Both the position numbers and the translations under genes were made by a program. 64,000 bases of DNA from Raillietiella orientalis (taxonomy: Eukaryota): positions 496,001 to 560,000 of the forward strand of contig JAYWIR010000021.1 of the NCBI GenBank assembly GCA_036172245.1, in the 5' to 3' direction. The notes under the pieces are model-generated. The model did no database searches and had not been told where the DNA came from. It worked only from the letters and a program-made list of their open reading frames with translations. Shown here in pieces: positions 12,901 to 27,100 of this stretch; position 1 is the stretch's first letter, and each line of letters starts with the position of its first letter.

Positions 12901-15619
12901 ACTTCAAAGAAATACATCTTTTGAGACATAACTCAAAGAGCCAATTGGCTTGAGAGCTTTCGAACCTGAGTACCATATCCAGAAGCTTACACACAAAAGC
13001 TCATAAAGAGTGGCACATTAGAAATCAATATGGATTTTAGAAATACTAGATGTGCACTCAAGAAAAGAATGAAACACAAGCAAAAATATAAAAGCACAGC
13101 ATGGTGTCATGATGCAACATATGCTACATTATGACATCAGCAATGATTTAGACTAAATTTGTGACTAGTAGCCTGTTTTCTTGATTTGCCCTTTACAAAA
13201 TATTTGTTGCTTTCCCTAATTTTTTACCTTACCGTAATTTGGGGAATACATACTAAACCTTATCTGTTTTCTGATGAATTCTCGACTTTATTAGGTTCAT
13301 TAAAAACACAAAATAAAATAGTCAACTCTTAAAAAAAAAAAATTGAAGATACACCCCAAAATCATTATTTTCTTCTTTTTCTAGCATTTCTTCATGGATA
13401 TTTATAAAACAGTACATGCAAGTATCTAGATGAGAAATACATTTTTTCTATGTACAAACTGAATAATAAAATACATGGCAGTCTATAATATTGTATTAAA
13501 CATGGTTATGAACTTTCACAAATTTCAAACATATAATTTAGCTCTCACCCTTCACTGGGTACAACAACGATTGCTCGGGGTCTATAAACATTTTTCCAGA
13601 AAAGAACTCGTCTATGTAAAGTATTCAAATTAATAACTTCAATACGATGAGCATCACTGTCTGTCCAATACAAATTATTGTTAATCCAATCACATGCAAT
13701 ACCATCAAATATTCCCTTGACAATAGTTTTTACCTAAAATAAAAGAAAATCAAATAAATCATACATACATTTGATACAGAATTATAATTATGTTTCGTTT
13801 ACAAGTAATAAAAAAAAACAGAAACTAAAATTAGGGATTGGATATGATTTTTGAGGAGCTTCACAGGGAAATCAAATAAAGAAATAACAAAAACGAGGTC
13901 TTTCGAAAATATACATACCTCATACGAAACTAAAATTTCATACGAGGCATTTCTCAGAAATTCACAAAAAACAACCTTAATGCTACTTATTTTTCAATTT
14001 TTAGAATAAAACCTCATGGTTCTCTTGGATTTCATTTCCAAGAGAACCATGACAAGGTAATCAAGATTTAACTTTAACATGACTGAAATTTAATATGACT
14101 GTGTTTTTTTTGGACTTTGGGCTAAATGCACATGATCATTCCAACTGCAACTTTTTCCTTCAAAATGCATGATTTGCTCTCCCAATTGTTAAAACTATAT
14201 GTTAAATACTCTGTAAAGTATACTTCACAAATTTATACTTCACTCTGTACAGTATAAATTTGGCAATGCATTTAAAGAGAAAAACTTTAGATTTGCACAC
14301 ATGCTTAAAAGTGCTTCAATAAAACTTAATTATCATGGAAATGCAGAAAGTAAAAATAAAAGTCTCATTATTAACTGGTTATAAATATATTTGGATTATA
14401 GTTTATCACACTCTCTTTGAAACAGAAGCTACATGTAATTTGGATACAAATTATATCCAAAACATGAATTCTTACTCACAAAGAGTAGGCAAAAATGACT
14501 CATTTGTTGAGTCAGTAATTATGTTACATCACATACACTGAAACTAAATTGGTATTTTTTTTTATTTTATAGTTTGATAGACTTCTAGACACATGCATGT
14601 TTTACCACAATTGTATTTTATCACTTGAGAAACACAAGATATCTTTGCAATTTTCAAAAACGATAAATGTGAAAATCTAGCACTAATTTCAAACTATTCT
14701 TCCAAAAACACCATGTGAAAATGAAGTTTTATACGAATTATTGTGATAAACATTCCTTAGAAGTATTTTGTCTACATCAGGTTTTGGAAGAAAACTGAGT
14801 TTTCCCATAAATAGTTGCTCAACTATCTTATCTATTATGAAAAGAAGATGAACTTGAACGGAAAAGTCATTAGAAAAGACCAACAGCATCTATATCATCT
14901 ACATGCAACCCTTACAACTTGGTTTTATGTAGCTACAGATATGATGCTGCAATACTTCAGTTCAGTACACATGACTAATGAAACCTTAGTAAAGACCCAG
15001 TAAAACCATTATGGGAGAGGAATTCATTTACTTATTTTACTTTCAACCTTAATAATTAGGACTTTTGCAATCATTCTGGAAACCACCAATCAGAATGCAA
15101 TTGGTATCGTGAACTGCATTTCCGTGGTTCTTAATCATGCAGTCATGAACATGCTATCAGAATTAAATACCAAAATCAACATAAACAGCTGAAAGTTTCT
15201 ATTGCTGTTGTGCACTCAAATGGGCCCTTTAAACAATGATTACCTTATTTCCAGTTTTATTTGAATCTGGATCATATGTGATACACTTAATTACTTCTGC
15301 AGTAATGTCTGACCAACATACTTTTTTCCCTATATAATGGAAGTCAATTGCAGCTGCTTCTTCAAGAACCTGAATTTCCATTGCGAAAACTTTACCAAAA
15401 TGCAAAGCATGATGTACTTACTTTGACTACAATATGTGATTCACCTTTTGGGTTCTCAACATCTATGATACGAATGTCTTTTTTATTTGCAAATAATAAC
15501 AACGGCGATGCTGTGAACAGTTTACTTATACGCATTTGAAAATTTGCATATTTGTATTTACCTTCAGCAATGTAGCATACACAAAAATAGTATAAGATCC
15601 ATAAATGGATTATACACAT
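6934..15619 (-). CDS. LRP6: LDL receptor-related protein 5/6 (arrow), Wnt co-receptor, ~1569 aa. Exons: 15562-15619, 15422-15510, 15244-15369, 13549-13733, 11339-11629, 10889-11288, 10643-10816, 10359-10589, 10119-10313, 9817-10073, 9488-9772, 9194-9443, 8678-9146, 6934-8633
   Basis: All introns GT-AG, exon phases join into 4710 nt. Signal peptide, [13 protein letters not shown], four YWTD propellers each followed by an EGF repeat, three LDLa repeats, TM helix ([20 protein letters not shown]), Ser cluster and five PPP(S/T)P-type motifs (PPPSP, PPPTP, PPPTP, CPPSP, PAPSP). LRP5 vs LRP6 cannot be distinguished in an invertebrate. Confidence 0.96.
14014..14052. repeat. Perfect 16-bp inverted repeat with 7-nt loop in LRP5/6 intron 3
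   Basis: TCATGGTTCTCTTGGA-tttcatt-TCCAAGAGAACCATGA read directly. Confidence 0.9.
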
Positions 15620-15999
15620 TATCAAAATTCATCCAAGCATGTTTTTGTTTTACTCAACTTTTCGTCGCTGTCATTAAATGTGATTGCCACCAATCTCTAA
15701 TCATGCTGATTTTGGGGGGCTACATTGATTTCATGGCAAAGTTCCACTCAAATCCCTGAAAAGTTATTTTTCCACACTCTACATACGAAACACAAATGCC
15801 ACCTGCACATTTACATAAACTCTAGAAAACAAAATTTCAGGCTTTTTTACTTTAAGGTTTTAAAAAAAAAACATACTGCGATCACTTTCACACTTTTTTT
15901 CCACCTTGAAAGCATACAGTTCAAACAAAACCCATCAAAACCAAATATACTCATACATTTACTGTCGGCTGCCTAAATAGTCCCAAAGGCTGAGACCCA

Positions 16000-16530
16000 T
16001 GTTTATTTTTACGTGAAAACAAGCACGACCATTACCGTATGTACCCGTCAAAAAGGATTTGAAGAGCCGACCTTTGAGACTGGCACTTCCAATGTAAACG
16101 GCATTACTACGTGCTGAACTGCACTTTCTCACTGCTTCAGCGTTTCGAGGGAGTGTGGTCCAAAGTGCCACCGGCCACCTCCTCACTCTCAACGTCTCCA
16201 CCACGGATGCTCGGCACGGAGACCAACAGACATCACACCACTTCACCCGAGCGTTCCACGGAAAGGTCAAGGGACGAACTCGACCACCCGCCGCTCAGGT
16301 TACCGCATGGCTCGCGTTGCAGTCGGGGCCCATCACGCGACCACCCCGGCATTCGAGCGGGGGATTCGGGCACCCCCCACCCCACAAAACCGATTTTAGT
16401 CGTATTCATGCAGTACAGCTTCTTCAGATGGGTTCACGAGAGCTCCCACCGATACAAAAAGCACACGCCGAATGATACCTCCAGTCGTTTGCTCGGTGAT
16501 TACTTTCACGGAGTTCACTTACGCGACTGC
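16000..16530 (-). promoter_or_regulatory. CpG-rich putative promoter/5' UTR exon region of LRP5/6
   Basis: Abrupt GC/CpG-rich island about 400-900 bp upstream of the ATG within AT-rich flanks; function inferred from position only. Confidence 0.5.
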
Positions 16531-18464
16531 AAATTACACATTTTTCCTTTTTTCTTTTTGTTAATCAAAAAAATGCACTAATTTTCGTTTTCTTCGAGAA
16601 TGACGGGTGCCTGAGATGAAGGTCCATACAGATGCCGAGAACATCTTGGAAACGTGTTCTTCAAACGTAGCTCGATGGATTGGAATTAAATTATGTACTG
16701 GTTTGAAGAACATAGATTGGTGGGACTCCAACCATCACAATACAGTTAATGAGAAACTTTCTGAAGTAAAAGTTACTTCACTGTATGTCACGAAATTTAG
16801 TGAGTGTATCCTGAAAAAACAAACAAACGAAAAAAACTTCATTTGCTTAAAAAAAAAAAAAAAATCCATCATGGCTACCAAAAACCAAAAAAAAAAATAA
16901 GTCCTCTTTAAAATGCACAAGTCATTTGAAACAAACTTCATATGGAATATTCCCCTTTGCCGCTAAATTGAAAATTTCCTGTTTTCCTCTTGGATACAAA
17001 GCATCTGCTGATGGAAACCATGAGTGAGGAGGAGGACGAAATAAAATAAAGACCATGGGGATAAGAAAAAAACAGTCGAATGAAGAACAAATGTTTCTAT
17101 CTCGATTTGAGTGGGAAATAGTCTCGTTTTATTGGAGATCTGTTTTGTGTACTGGGAAAAAAAATAAAATACAATAAAGCGCAGTTAATTGTAGGTCTAA
17201 TCTTTTCTAATTGAAAAGACATAGCAAAAATTGCCTGCGATCAAATATGCCCCAAAAGTCAAGGAAACTTTTCAAACTTTCTTCATTACAGTTCAACCGA
17301 TTTCGAAGTCGTGTGTACTGCTCATAACTTAATGGGGCTTCTATTATCTGAAAGCATTCACAAGATTAGCCTGAAGAGCGGTGCATTCCTTCAGGCTCCT
17401 CCAGTGATGAAGACCGCAACGTGCTCTGTGCCGACGAGAATGATTAGTGAAATTTTTTTCTTAGAGATCACTAACTTTCAGTAAAGGCAGGTAATGGAAA
17501 TTTATATATCCTTAAGAGAAAGGATTAATGCGATCCTTGCTTTAAGCACTTGAATAAACAAAAGAAAATACAAAAATGCTGAAAATTTGTACACATAAAT
17601 TGAGGGGGGCGGAGTTCTGCAAAATCACATTTCTTTCTTAGCATGCAAAATCATCAAAGACAAAGAAGAAATTTATTATTTACTGAGGTATTTGTTCCTT
17701 GGATGCAACGAGAAGATTGCGTTACAGGTAGTCTTTGTGCTATTGACTGACGACTGGGGAATCCACAGCATTCCCCAAAGTCCCGGAATCTGTCCTAAAC
17801 AGAAACAGAAGCATTAAATTACTCATTTTAATCCATCATTCAAAACAGAGGACTACAGAAAGATCTATACTTCTTCATGTTTATTTCCAATGATTTTGAG
17901 CGGCATTACGACAGCAAACATACCAAGGCTTCGTAATTTACAGGACATCACAGTGATTCAAGGCTGGATGTTATAGACGAGACTGCATTATAACAACATT
18001 CCTTCGAGAGCTACGAGACAGCCATCCGAATAATGAAAAACTAAAAGATGGTTTAATTTTCATAATCAAAAGCAAATTTATTCATTAAATCGGAATAACA
18101 TGAGCAAAAGAACTGTGTGAAAAATAAAGAACGTAGTCGAAGGGATGCTTTTCATTGTTTCTTCTAAGGCAGGAGTCGGTAAATTTTAACTAGGCTTTTT
18201 TTTCGTGTGTATGCATTTCTTCACTTATGTGCAGTGTTTCGATCCTGCAGTCTCTATGATTTCGCGGTGACCAGTCATGGTAATTTTTCTTCGATATAGC
18301 TGACGAAGTAGACCCCAATGATGGCAGCTCATCTTCATTTATCCCATTATCAAGCTCTACTGAATTTTTGGGCATTTGGATTGAGAAGCCTAGGCCAACC
18401 AGCGTTATCCTGTGGGCAGAGACTCCAAATCTAAGACGAACCCCCTGTTCTCGAAGTCGATCCT

Positions 18465-18540
18465 TCCCCCGAGAGGGATTCGAACCCACGTTGCCAGGTG
18501 CTGTGAGCGGAGGCCGTACACACACGGCCGCCAACGCAGG
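18465..18540 (-). mobile_element. tRNA-derived SINE head / tRNA-like pseudogene
   Basis: Minus strand GCGTTGGCGGCCGTGTGTGTACGG...CGTGGGTTCGAATCCCTC: perfect Pol III B-box GGTTCGAATCC (18476-18486) in a T-arm-like stem, A-box-like TGGCGGCCGTGTG about 35 nt upstream; no intact cloverleaf. Confidence 0.55.
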
Positions 18541-21500
18541 AATCTTTCCTTTCGGACTCTCGGAGGGCTCGCCATTTCCCCTCCCCCCGATGGTCCGGTG
18601 CGCGATCGATGCACCCGCTGCCTCTGTGGCCTCTTGAGCGTTCCCTGAGAGGGTTTCGCGCCGGGAGATGCACAGAGATCGGATTCTTATCTCTCGTCTA
18701 CGGAGACGCAGCAGCCTTTCCTGAGACGCCTCTGCTTCGCGTTTCCGTGCGAGAGGCAGATGAAGACCAGAAGTCTGAAGATCAGATGAATGAGTACACC
18801 TGCCTGAGTTCATTCTCATGGAGAGACAGAAAAAAAAATAGCTCCCGCCCCTACCCTCACTTGCACCTTCTTCCTGGGCACTACACGGTTCTCTCTAACG
18901 CACCCAGAGCGATTTTGTTATTTCAAGTGATCATTTCGATAGTTTCACAGCTGTGGATTTTCATCATTCTCTGATGTCAAAATTCAACAGTATGTACCTC
19001 GTCCTTTGAACTCCCACACACGAGATGGTGAGCGCCCCTTTTGCGGCTTGCTCCCATTCCCCAGACAAGGGACGAGCAAGATTCAGAGCTGTGCATTCCC
19101 GTTTGAAACGAGTGCTACAGTGTCGTATTTTGTATTTTGTGGTTTACGATCCGAAGCAGCTGCCACTTCTTTCCAGGTGTGTCTAGATGAATTCTTCTTG
19201 CTGAACTCTTCTTCGGCAGAACTGTCACAGGTTCTGTATCATTTACTGGTTTTCCTTTTTTACGTCGCCAGAAAACTGATCTTCCATTTCAGGTGCTTTG
19301 CTGAACTGATGTTTCTGGAGCTTTCCCTGAGCCAGCCGTGGAGACATCGAAATAAATGCGAGGATTCAAACGAAGAGCAGCAGGAGTGGCTCCGATAAAA
19401 ACTCAGACTGTGAATCACAGTCGGTGCACACCATCAGAGAAGGAGACGAGCAGCCGCTTTTCAAATCACGCGGGCAGCAGGGAAATCTGGACAAGTGGTC
19501 GAGATTAGTCTGCCTCTGATCCTGTTTCGTTGGCTTGGTCGACCTAGTCTAGCATCCCCAGAGTTTTGAGAATGCTTTTAGCACCTTTCGTCCAGAACAG
19601 TGCTTCCCAAAGTGGGATACCGCCTCCTGGTGGACGCTGGAACGATTCGGGGAGAGGGGGGCCGACTAATTTTTTATCTGAAAAAGGGGCGGTAGACCAA
19701 ATAAGTTTGGGAAGCACTGGCCTAGAATGTGACTGCTATCTCAATTCCATCAATACTTGGGAGTGCAAAACCTGTCTAAAAGGGGAACAGGCTATAAGAG
19801 AAGCAACTGTTCCCTAACCGTCCGCCACATGCCTTAATGACTGCTATTAGTCCGCCTAAAATTTCCTCAGGAATCTTAAATAAAGCTTTGGTAGGATTTT
19901 GTGGTTTTCTGCTCAATCCTAAACACCGTCCTGAAATATGAAGAATGTAGGCTTTCACTTGGCATTAGATCAATGTGCAAGCAAATACAAGGGGTTCATA
20001 TCGACTTAGATATCAATCGTACTAGTACTATCCTTCGTAGAGAAAAGAGCTTTAGGAGAAGTCTCGTATCCCAAGCCCTTTTTCCTAAAACTAGATCATA
20101 AGGAAAGAACAGTTGCTTTTCTTTTTTAATGTTTAAGGTGAAATGTCCTCGTGATTTGACTAAAGGAAACCATCTGCCTGCTAGCTCGTGGATGTCATTG
20201 AAAAAAAATAAGCATCTGTCCATGAGTAAGCCTCCGAAGCGAGTAACATTGGCATAACTAGAACATGATCAGTCGAGTTACCATGGTAGCCCACCAGGTT
20301 TCACAGAGGAGTCCAGAAAAACGACAGCCCTAACCCAGTTTTGTTCTCTTTACGTAAGATGCACTTCCATGCTTTTGAAGGTGGAGGCAGCTGTATGAGA
20401 TTAACAGGAGCCCGGTTGGTTTCATTTTGTTGGAATGAAGATATAATCCTTCGGAGATGATAGCATGAATGGAAAATCGGACGACAGTATCAACCTGCAT
20501 TTGGATCCCGGGCTGTTGCACCTGTTTCTCTATAAATCCTGACGGTCCGAGGCACCTGGACACTCTCGAAACGTCGTAGATGGACAAAAGATGCCTTTTT
20601 TAGGCTCCTAGGACGATCTGAAATGCAAAACAGATGGCATCGTAAAGAAGACTTTCAGTTTTGAGAGGAGCTAAATAAAGAGAGCTAACGACGATTCTAT
20701 CTGCACACCCGTCATCAGATACTGTCTCCCAACACATCTCGGCTCTGTCTCATTAGAGGAGAGTGTGAGGACTGCGAAACGTGGAAAAGTTCGAAAAGCT
20801 CCAAAAGTGATCCAGAAAGCGTTTTGATGACTTCTCCGCAGGCGCTGCAAGAGTGATGAAAATAAACTTTGTTTATTTTCGCACCAGGCGAGCATATCGG
20901 ATGCTCTGTTTACAGTTAAGGCGGCGCAAGAAAGCAATCATTTGTCTACCCAACAGATGAAGGAGTATGCACATCTGCCCCGGCCTTCAGCAGACATCTA
21001 AGAAAGAGGATTCTTATGGATGGAGCTCGGTGCCGGAGAAGCGACATCAAGAAAGCAACATAAGAACAGTGTCGGGAAATTTTTCCAGCAACCATGTCCA
21101 GCAACCATGTCTCTGTAGGACAGCGCGATGGCTGCACGTCCTTTGCATTCTCAAGCAGCTTTCTCACCGACTCTTCTCCCACGAAGTACTTGTATAGCCT
21201 TTGCACGAAACTTCAAGTAGGAGGGAGTTCAGTGGTTTACTGAAATGCCTTTGTGTTTTTTTTGTGGTACGTCAGGATGGAAATCCTGGAACCAGGGCTA
21301 AATCACTGGGAGTTCCGCTTTCCTAAACTGAAGTTATTTATTTGCTTAAACCTCGCAACCACGTAATGACGATCAATAATGACGGTCATTTTCACCATTC
21401 CAGCTGTTTCCTAAAGGCTGTGACGTCAATGAAAGTGCAAATTCCGGAAGAGAAGAGTAAAAGGAAACTGCATAATTTGAAAACAACCCAATTTTCACTT

Positions 21501-23454
21501 TGGTGAATATTAAGGTGTGCTCTTCTCACGACAACAAGTTTTTGAGATTTTAAGATTTTCTGGAGCAGGAACGTTCAGTCTTCCATTTCCACGAAAGCAG
21601 GTTTCTAGGAGTGGATATTCAAAGCAGTTGTCAATGATGTAGGAACGTCTTCGTAGCTTCTTTTCTCATACACTTGGAACAAGTCTTGGGGAATCAATGC
21701 AGCCTTAAACCCTTAAAGGTTAAAGATCGGAACTGCTCTTTATAGTGGATAGTTTTCTCTGTTAAAGTCTCCGTCTCCGCTCATGCCATTTTCTTCTTGA
21801 AGTACTCTTTTCAGAAATCTCCAGAGCTGCAAGTTTCATTTAGAAAAGTCCTTTGCTCGCTTCGATATCATGAATGCCCTAATGTTTCCATTGCAAAGAG
21901 GAGAGTCTCAGTCCTTGGAACGAAAAAAATTACAGCTGCTCGTGAGCTCACCGTACTCTTCCTGTGAAAGTTTGAACAGCATGATGGTAAGCTGTCTAAT
22001 ATGATGCTACCACATAAGTCTCATTTTATCAAGAGTTCCCTAGCTGCTCGCTGGAACCTGTGGGAATCTGGTGTTAGAACATCGACGTATGTTATTTTTT
22101 ATCGATTCTAGAGCCTTGAAACCTAAGGATGTTTCAGTGACCGAAAAACACAAGTGTCGAGGGACTTTTGAGAAAGAACTGGATGCCGAAAAAAAAAGCG
22201 CATAATAGGATATGGAAAAGTTCATATAAATGTTTACTTCAGATAGACTTCAACATAAATTTTTAGGCCCAAAGCGTTTCATCGGCTGCTACTACATGAT
22301 GTCTTTTGTAGTAGAACAATATTACACTTATCCTTCGTCAGTTTTAATCGAAGACTCTCACGTATTCCACGGAAAGATCATAGTCTCCCAGTTCTTCATT
22401 TTAGTAACATTAAGCACATAACCCATTCATGATGACTCGTAAGATTGCACTACTCAAAACTGCTTTAAAAGATTTCATATGCATATATGGATCCTAAACG
22501 TTAGAATCTTTGTGGCGTGCTAAATGCTTGTTATAGGAAGTAATTGTTTCCTGCAAAAGTCTTTAAGCTACAGTTATAAGTTAAGGAAACAGATTGAAGC
22601 TAATTTTTGGAAAAAAAAAATTTTCGGGTTGTCTTAAATTTCTGATAAGATTGATAAATTTGTCTAGACCAAATTAATTACAAGAAAAGAACTAATATTT
22701 GCTGAAATGAAAAGCACACCCAAATCTCTTTTTCGTGTTTGTTGCGTAGCTTACTACTATTCATAATAAAGCTATCAAAAGCCACTAAGAATAAAAAAAA
22801 CATACATATAAACTGAAAAAAACCTTGTAAAATATAGCATTTGCTTTCCTGATCTACTGAAACAAAAAGGGGAATGATAAAACTTAAAGTTTGAATGTCA
22901 TAAAATTCTGATATAATGTGCACTACATTCAAATGAAGGATGCTGAAATCTCAAAAACATAAGGCAAAGGAAACATTCTAAGAGGTATTGTATGAAGATT
23001 AGCAATTTTATAAAACAAATCTGTGGAATTCCTAAAAGTAGGGTTTCTTTTTTCCGGTACTTATCTAGATAACCCTATTGCAACACAAAATATTTTGTGC
23101 TGAAATATGATTTTACTTTAAGTGGAAATGTAAGGTTCCGTGTAAAAGAGAGAAATAATGTTCCCACGAAAGAAACATAAACTGAAGACAGTTACTGAAT
23201 CGTCTTTGTAATAAAAGCCAGGTCGTACATCTTGGAACTACAACTTTTGCAAGGTACTTTCGACTTTAACAAAAAAAAAAAAAAAAATGAAAACGTGTCA
23301 TGAATACCATTATAATGCCAAAAGCACTTTGTAGTGCTATTCTGAAATAAGACGTGATGGCAGTTGATCTTGAATTTTGTGATCGTTTAGCCCCAGGCTT
23401 TCTAAAAATTCTCAGCTAGTAAAAATCCGGTGATTTTTTTTTTTTGTTTTTACA

Positions 23455-23590
23455 GTTGAGCGGCAAAACTGAACTGACGATGAAGATGGCGTAGTGCTAA
23501 GGGTTCGGATTGGTCGCTCGCGTGGAGTGCACTGCAAGTGTGCGTAGAGGCGTTGTTTTGAAGCAGCGTAAATTTTCGTTACGTGCAGTT
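23455..23590 (+). promoter_or_regulatory. CpG-rich putative TBCA promoter/5' UTR
   Basis: Short CpG island ~150-280 bp before the ATG, with YY1-type AAGATGGCG (23483-23491) and inverted CCAAT (ATTGG) nearby. Confidence 0.5.
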
Positions 23591-23736
23591 AATATTGATA
23601 ATCTCAGACATATATGATAAAACAAATAATCACTAGAAATTTTTTTTCTGTAAAGTCAAAAATTGATTCTGCATTGTGATTTATAGAAATAAAGTAGTTT
23701 GTCGTCTGTTTGGTTGTATGTATAAAACTGTGTGAA

Positions 23737-24183
23737 ATGGCTGATGGACGGCATATGGAGATTAAGCTACAAACTGGAATTGTAAAAAGGTTGACTGCAG
23801 ACATACGAAGTTATGAAGCAGAATTGAAACAGCAAAAAGAGAAAATTGATAATTTAAAGAAAAAAGGTATCCGCTTGGCTAATTAAATACTGGGGGAAGA
23901 GCCTTTTCTTTATTTAAGCAATAATTAAAATGCTATATTTTACGTTTAGTCATTGTACTGAGATTTAATTTTTCAAGGTGAAAATGATTACATAATAAAG
24001 AAACAAGAGGAAGTTCTTACTGAAACAAATATGATGATACCTGACTGTAAGAAAAGGATGAAGGAAGCATATCAGAATTTGAAAGAATTGCTTGAAAGAG
24101 TAGAAGACTTGAAAGAGACAGAGATTTATGAAAAAGCACAAAAAGTTCTTACAGCAGCAGATCAAATTTTAACATCAAATTAA
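23737..24183 (+). CDS. TBCA: Tubulin-specific chaperone A (cofactor A), 111 aa; exons 23737-23866 and 23978-24183
   Basis: Spliced translation MADGRHMEIKLQTGIVKRLTADIRSYEAELKQQKEKIDNLKKK-GENDYIIKKQEEVLTETNMMIPDCKKRMKEAYQNL...; IKxxTGxVKRL and KKQxEVLxExxMMIPDC are TBCA hallmarks; 111-nt GT-AG intron. Not in the ORF track. Confidence 0.95.
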
Positions 24184-27100
24184 TTGCAGTTTATGATTAC
24201 ATTGTTAGGAGTATTCTAAAAGAACATCGCTTACGTTCATATAATTGAGGAATTTTGGCATGATTAAATTTCTTTTTCCAAATATACAAGAAATGAGTTT
24301 TATAAGTGTTTAATTTTAAACAATTTTGAAAGTCTGTATTGGATGTTTGCATTACATCAGCAAATTACAAAGTATACTTTGAACAACACTTAATTTGAAA
24401 TTATTGTTTTAAAGTAATTTTTGGTTTTTGTTTACCCAGACACGGGTGCTTTGTATGATTAATTCAATTTCTTTATATGTAAATGTTGAAAATCATTTCT
24501 AAGTTGTTTAAAATTGCTTAAGTGAGACCAAAATTCTGTTTTTGTTAGTTGTTGACCAGTAATATTTTTATTCCATTATTTTTCTCTGATCGATCATTCT
24601 ACATCCTTTTCTTAATGTTTGATTTCAATTTCGTTGCATTTTCAAAAGGTTCCTTTTTTTGCGTACAATTATTATGCTCCTCACATTGCAGTCAGCATTG
24701 GTAGACAAAAGGATTTGTAGAAGTCGATGCTGATAAACTCGGTCTATTCAAAAGTTTGTCAAATAGGTACTTAATCCTAGCAGGCAACAAGTCTTCAGTT
24801 TTTAATTTTACCACTTTAAATTCATTTCTCAGCCTCCATTAAGGGTGTCTCATGCATGTGCCTTATTTTGTCAAGTTTGAAAGTATTGTTTCGTGGATTT
24901 CCCATTTACCGTGTGCTAAGGTCACAGTAATAGAAACTCAGGAGGGTTGATGCAGTACAGTAGATTATTTTGATTACAACAATATTCTTCCACTATATAT
25001 GTGTTCAAGCAGCATCCATTGCCAAGTTTTATCTGTAATTCATTAAATGTTATGATTTTATGGACTGTTGACGTTTGCTGCATTCTTTTATTGAATTACT
25101 TTTCATCGAGGCCTTAGTTATTGGAATGCATAGCTATGTCATTAATTCTTTTTGTTGCTGGTAGCTGGTTTTCATCATGATTTGAAATGTAGGAAATGAA
25201 ATATTGAGTGTTAAAGTTTGAACTGATAACAAGTCATTTATAATGAAGTAGATATTTGGCAGACTGTTGCTGTTTTTTACATGGAGAAAACTTTTAGGTG
25301 AAAACTATTGGGATGGAATTTTTGAATTTATTTTCTACAAAAAACATCATGGTTGTGGTTGTCTTATATGTTGCAACATTCATTTCAAAAATTACAAGTT
25401 AAGATTTCCTTTGAAAAATCCAAGGTAAATTAGTTAGCCAGCTTAATTTAGAAGTCATTTTTCTGTGGTTATTCACATGCATACCATCGTCATATAATTT
25501 TATTGCTTTCGTTTTGTACTTTTTTTTTTCCAGCCAACTTGTGTAGGCAGTGGCAGTATTAAGGAAGAATTGTAAATGATTTGATCTGCTGGTTTCCTTC
25601 CTGGTTGATTTGGCCCCTTGAAATGCATTTTGCCTAACATTTTGATGCCTATGCGACATTTCATATTGTATGAATAAATTTTGAATTTCCCCATTTTGGA
25701 GCTTTGCTAGAATTTTCCTATGAAGTGTACACAAAGGATATGTTCAATAGAGCTGCAGTGTGAACAATGGTTGTTGTGTGCATTCTTCACTACACATAAG
25801 CTGGATATAATGCTACAGTGTCATGACTTTGTGATGTTGCATTTATGCAGTAGTGAAGTGATTATCATCAGTTTTGTTTTGAGCATCTGTACTCTCATTG
25901 AAAGCTTGTGAGGCTGGAAGCATTTTTTGTTGATTTTGTAATTGTTCACAACACCTTTGCTGCATGAGAAGATGATGACTGACAGGAGTAGAATATTTGT
26001 TAAGAGAACCTCCCATGATTCCTGCAGGGTCTCAGCTTCCAATCAACCAGTGTTGTCAGATTTTAGGAGCAAGATTCAGTGACAAACACTTTAGTGAGGA
26101 TCAGGAATATTGAAAAACAAATTTAATAAGGATATCAATGATTTGTTGATTTCATGCATGGAGCTAATACATGCTAAAACTTGATTTGAATTTCCCTAAA
26201 TGTGCATCAGAGTGCATATTGTCGACCTCTTATCCCATTCCTAAGTGATTTTAAACGGATCATTTTTTGTTGCCAAGTTTCATCATTCATTTCGTAATTT
26301 TATTCAACTCAGCTTGCCTTTCAGGTTTCCTTATGATTTTTTTCATCCTTTGAATCTATGAATTTTCATTTAGTTTCCATTTACCATTAGGTCTCAATGA
26401 ACTTAGGGAACTGCTAAAAGATTTTCCACGGAAGAAATGCGGATTTCTCTTTTAAAGAAAATGCACTAATTCATTCCTTATTACTATCAGTGTCTTTTTT
26501 TTTCTTTTCTTTGTCGGACTTGATCATTGTGAGCTCAAGTGATATACCGCTAAAGCTTGTTGCACAAGGGGAAACCTGAACTTCTCGAAACTGTTTTCAG
26601 GAATGTATTTGAAAATAAATATGCGATAGTCGTCTTTCATGCTAAGTGAGAAATGGACAGTCTTCACTTGGTGTTTGGTAGAACTAATGTTCAGTGCATG
26701 TTTATAAGCCAGGTGGAATAACGTTTCTATGTCTGTTCTATCACATTAATAATGCAGAATATTTCAGAATCGTGTTCCAAGTTCGATTTGCTGGAGCAGT
26801 GGGTGGTAGTAAAACCAAGACACTAACGATTGCACTGAGAGCATAGGACAAAATTTCGACATTTTATGTGATGATGGAAAACAACTCTCTCATCTTTTGG
26901 CGTACTTGCATGCTTCATTTCCTTGCACTGTTAGCAAGTCTACACTTATTTCTCTATGAAACACGAAGTCTTGTTCATTCACCTTGGTGTGCATCTCAGC
27001 AATTTTTGATTAGCCATGTCCTCCAAGGGCATCGTGGAGGAATAAACCGTCTCTGCAAAGGTGCAACCTTTCATTCATTTCCCCCGAATTAATTTCCCAA

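Noticed and set aside
17370..17425. Hammerhead ribozyme core (CTGAAGA-GCGGT...ACCGC-AAC)
   Set aside because: The required GAAA after stem II is missing and stems I and III were not found.
18465..18540. Functional tRNA gene
   Set aside because: B-box is perfect, but acceptor and anticodon stems do not pair; better explained as a SINE head.
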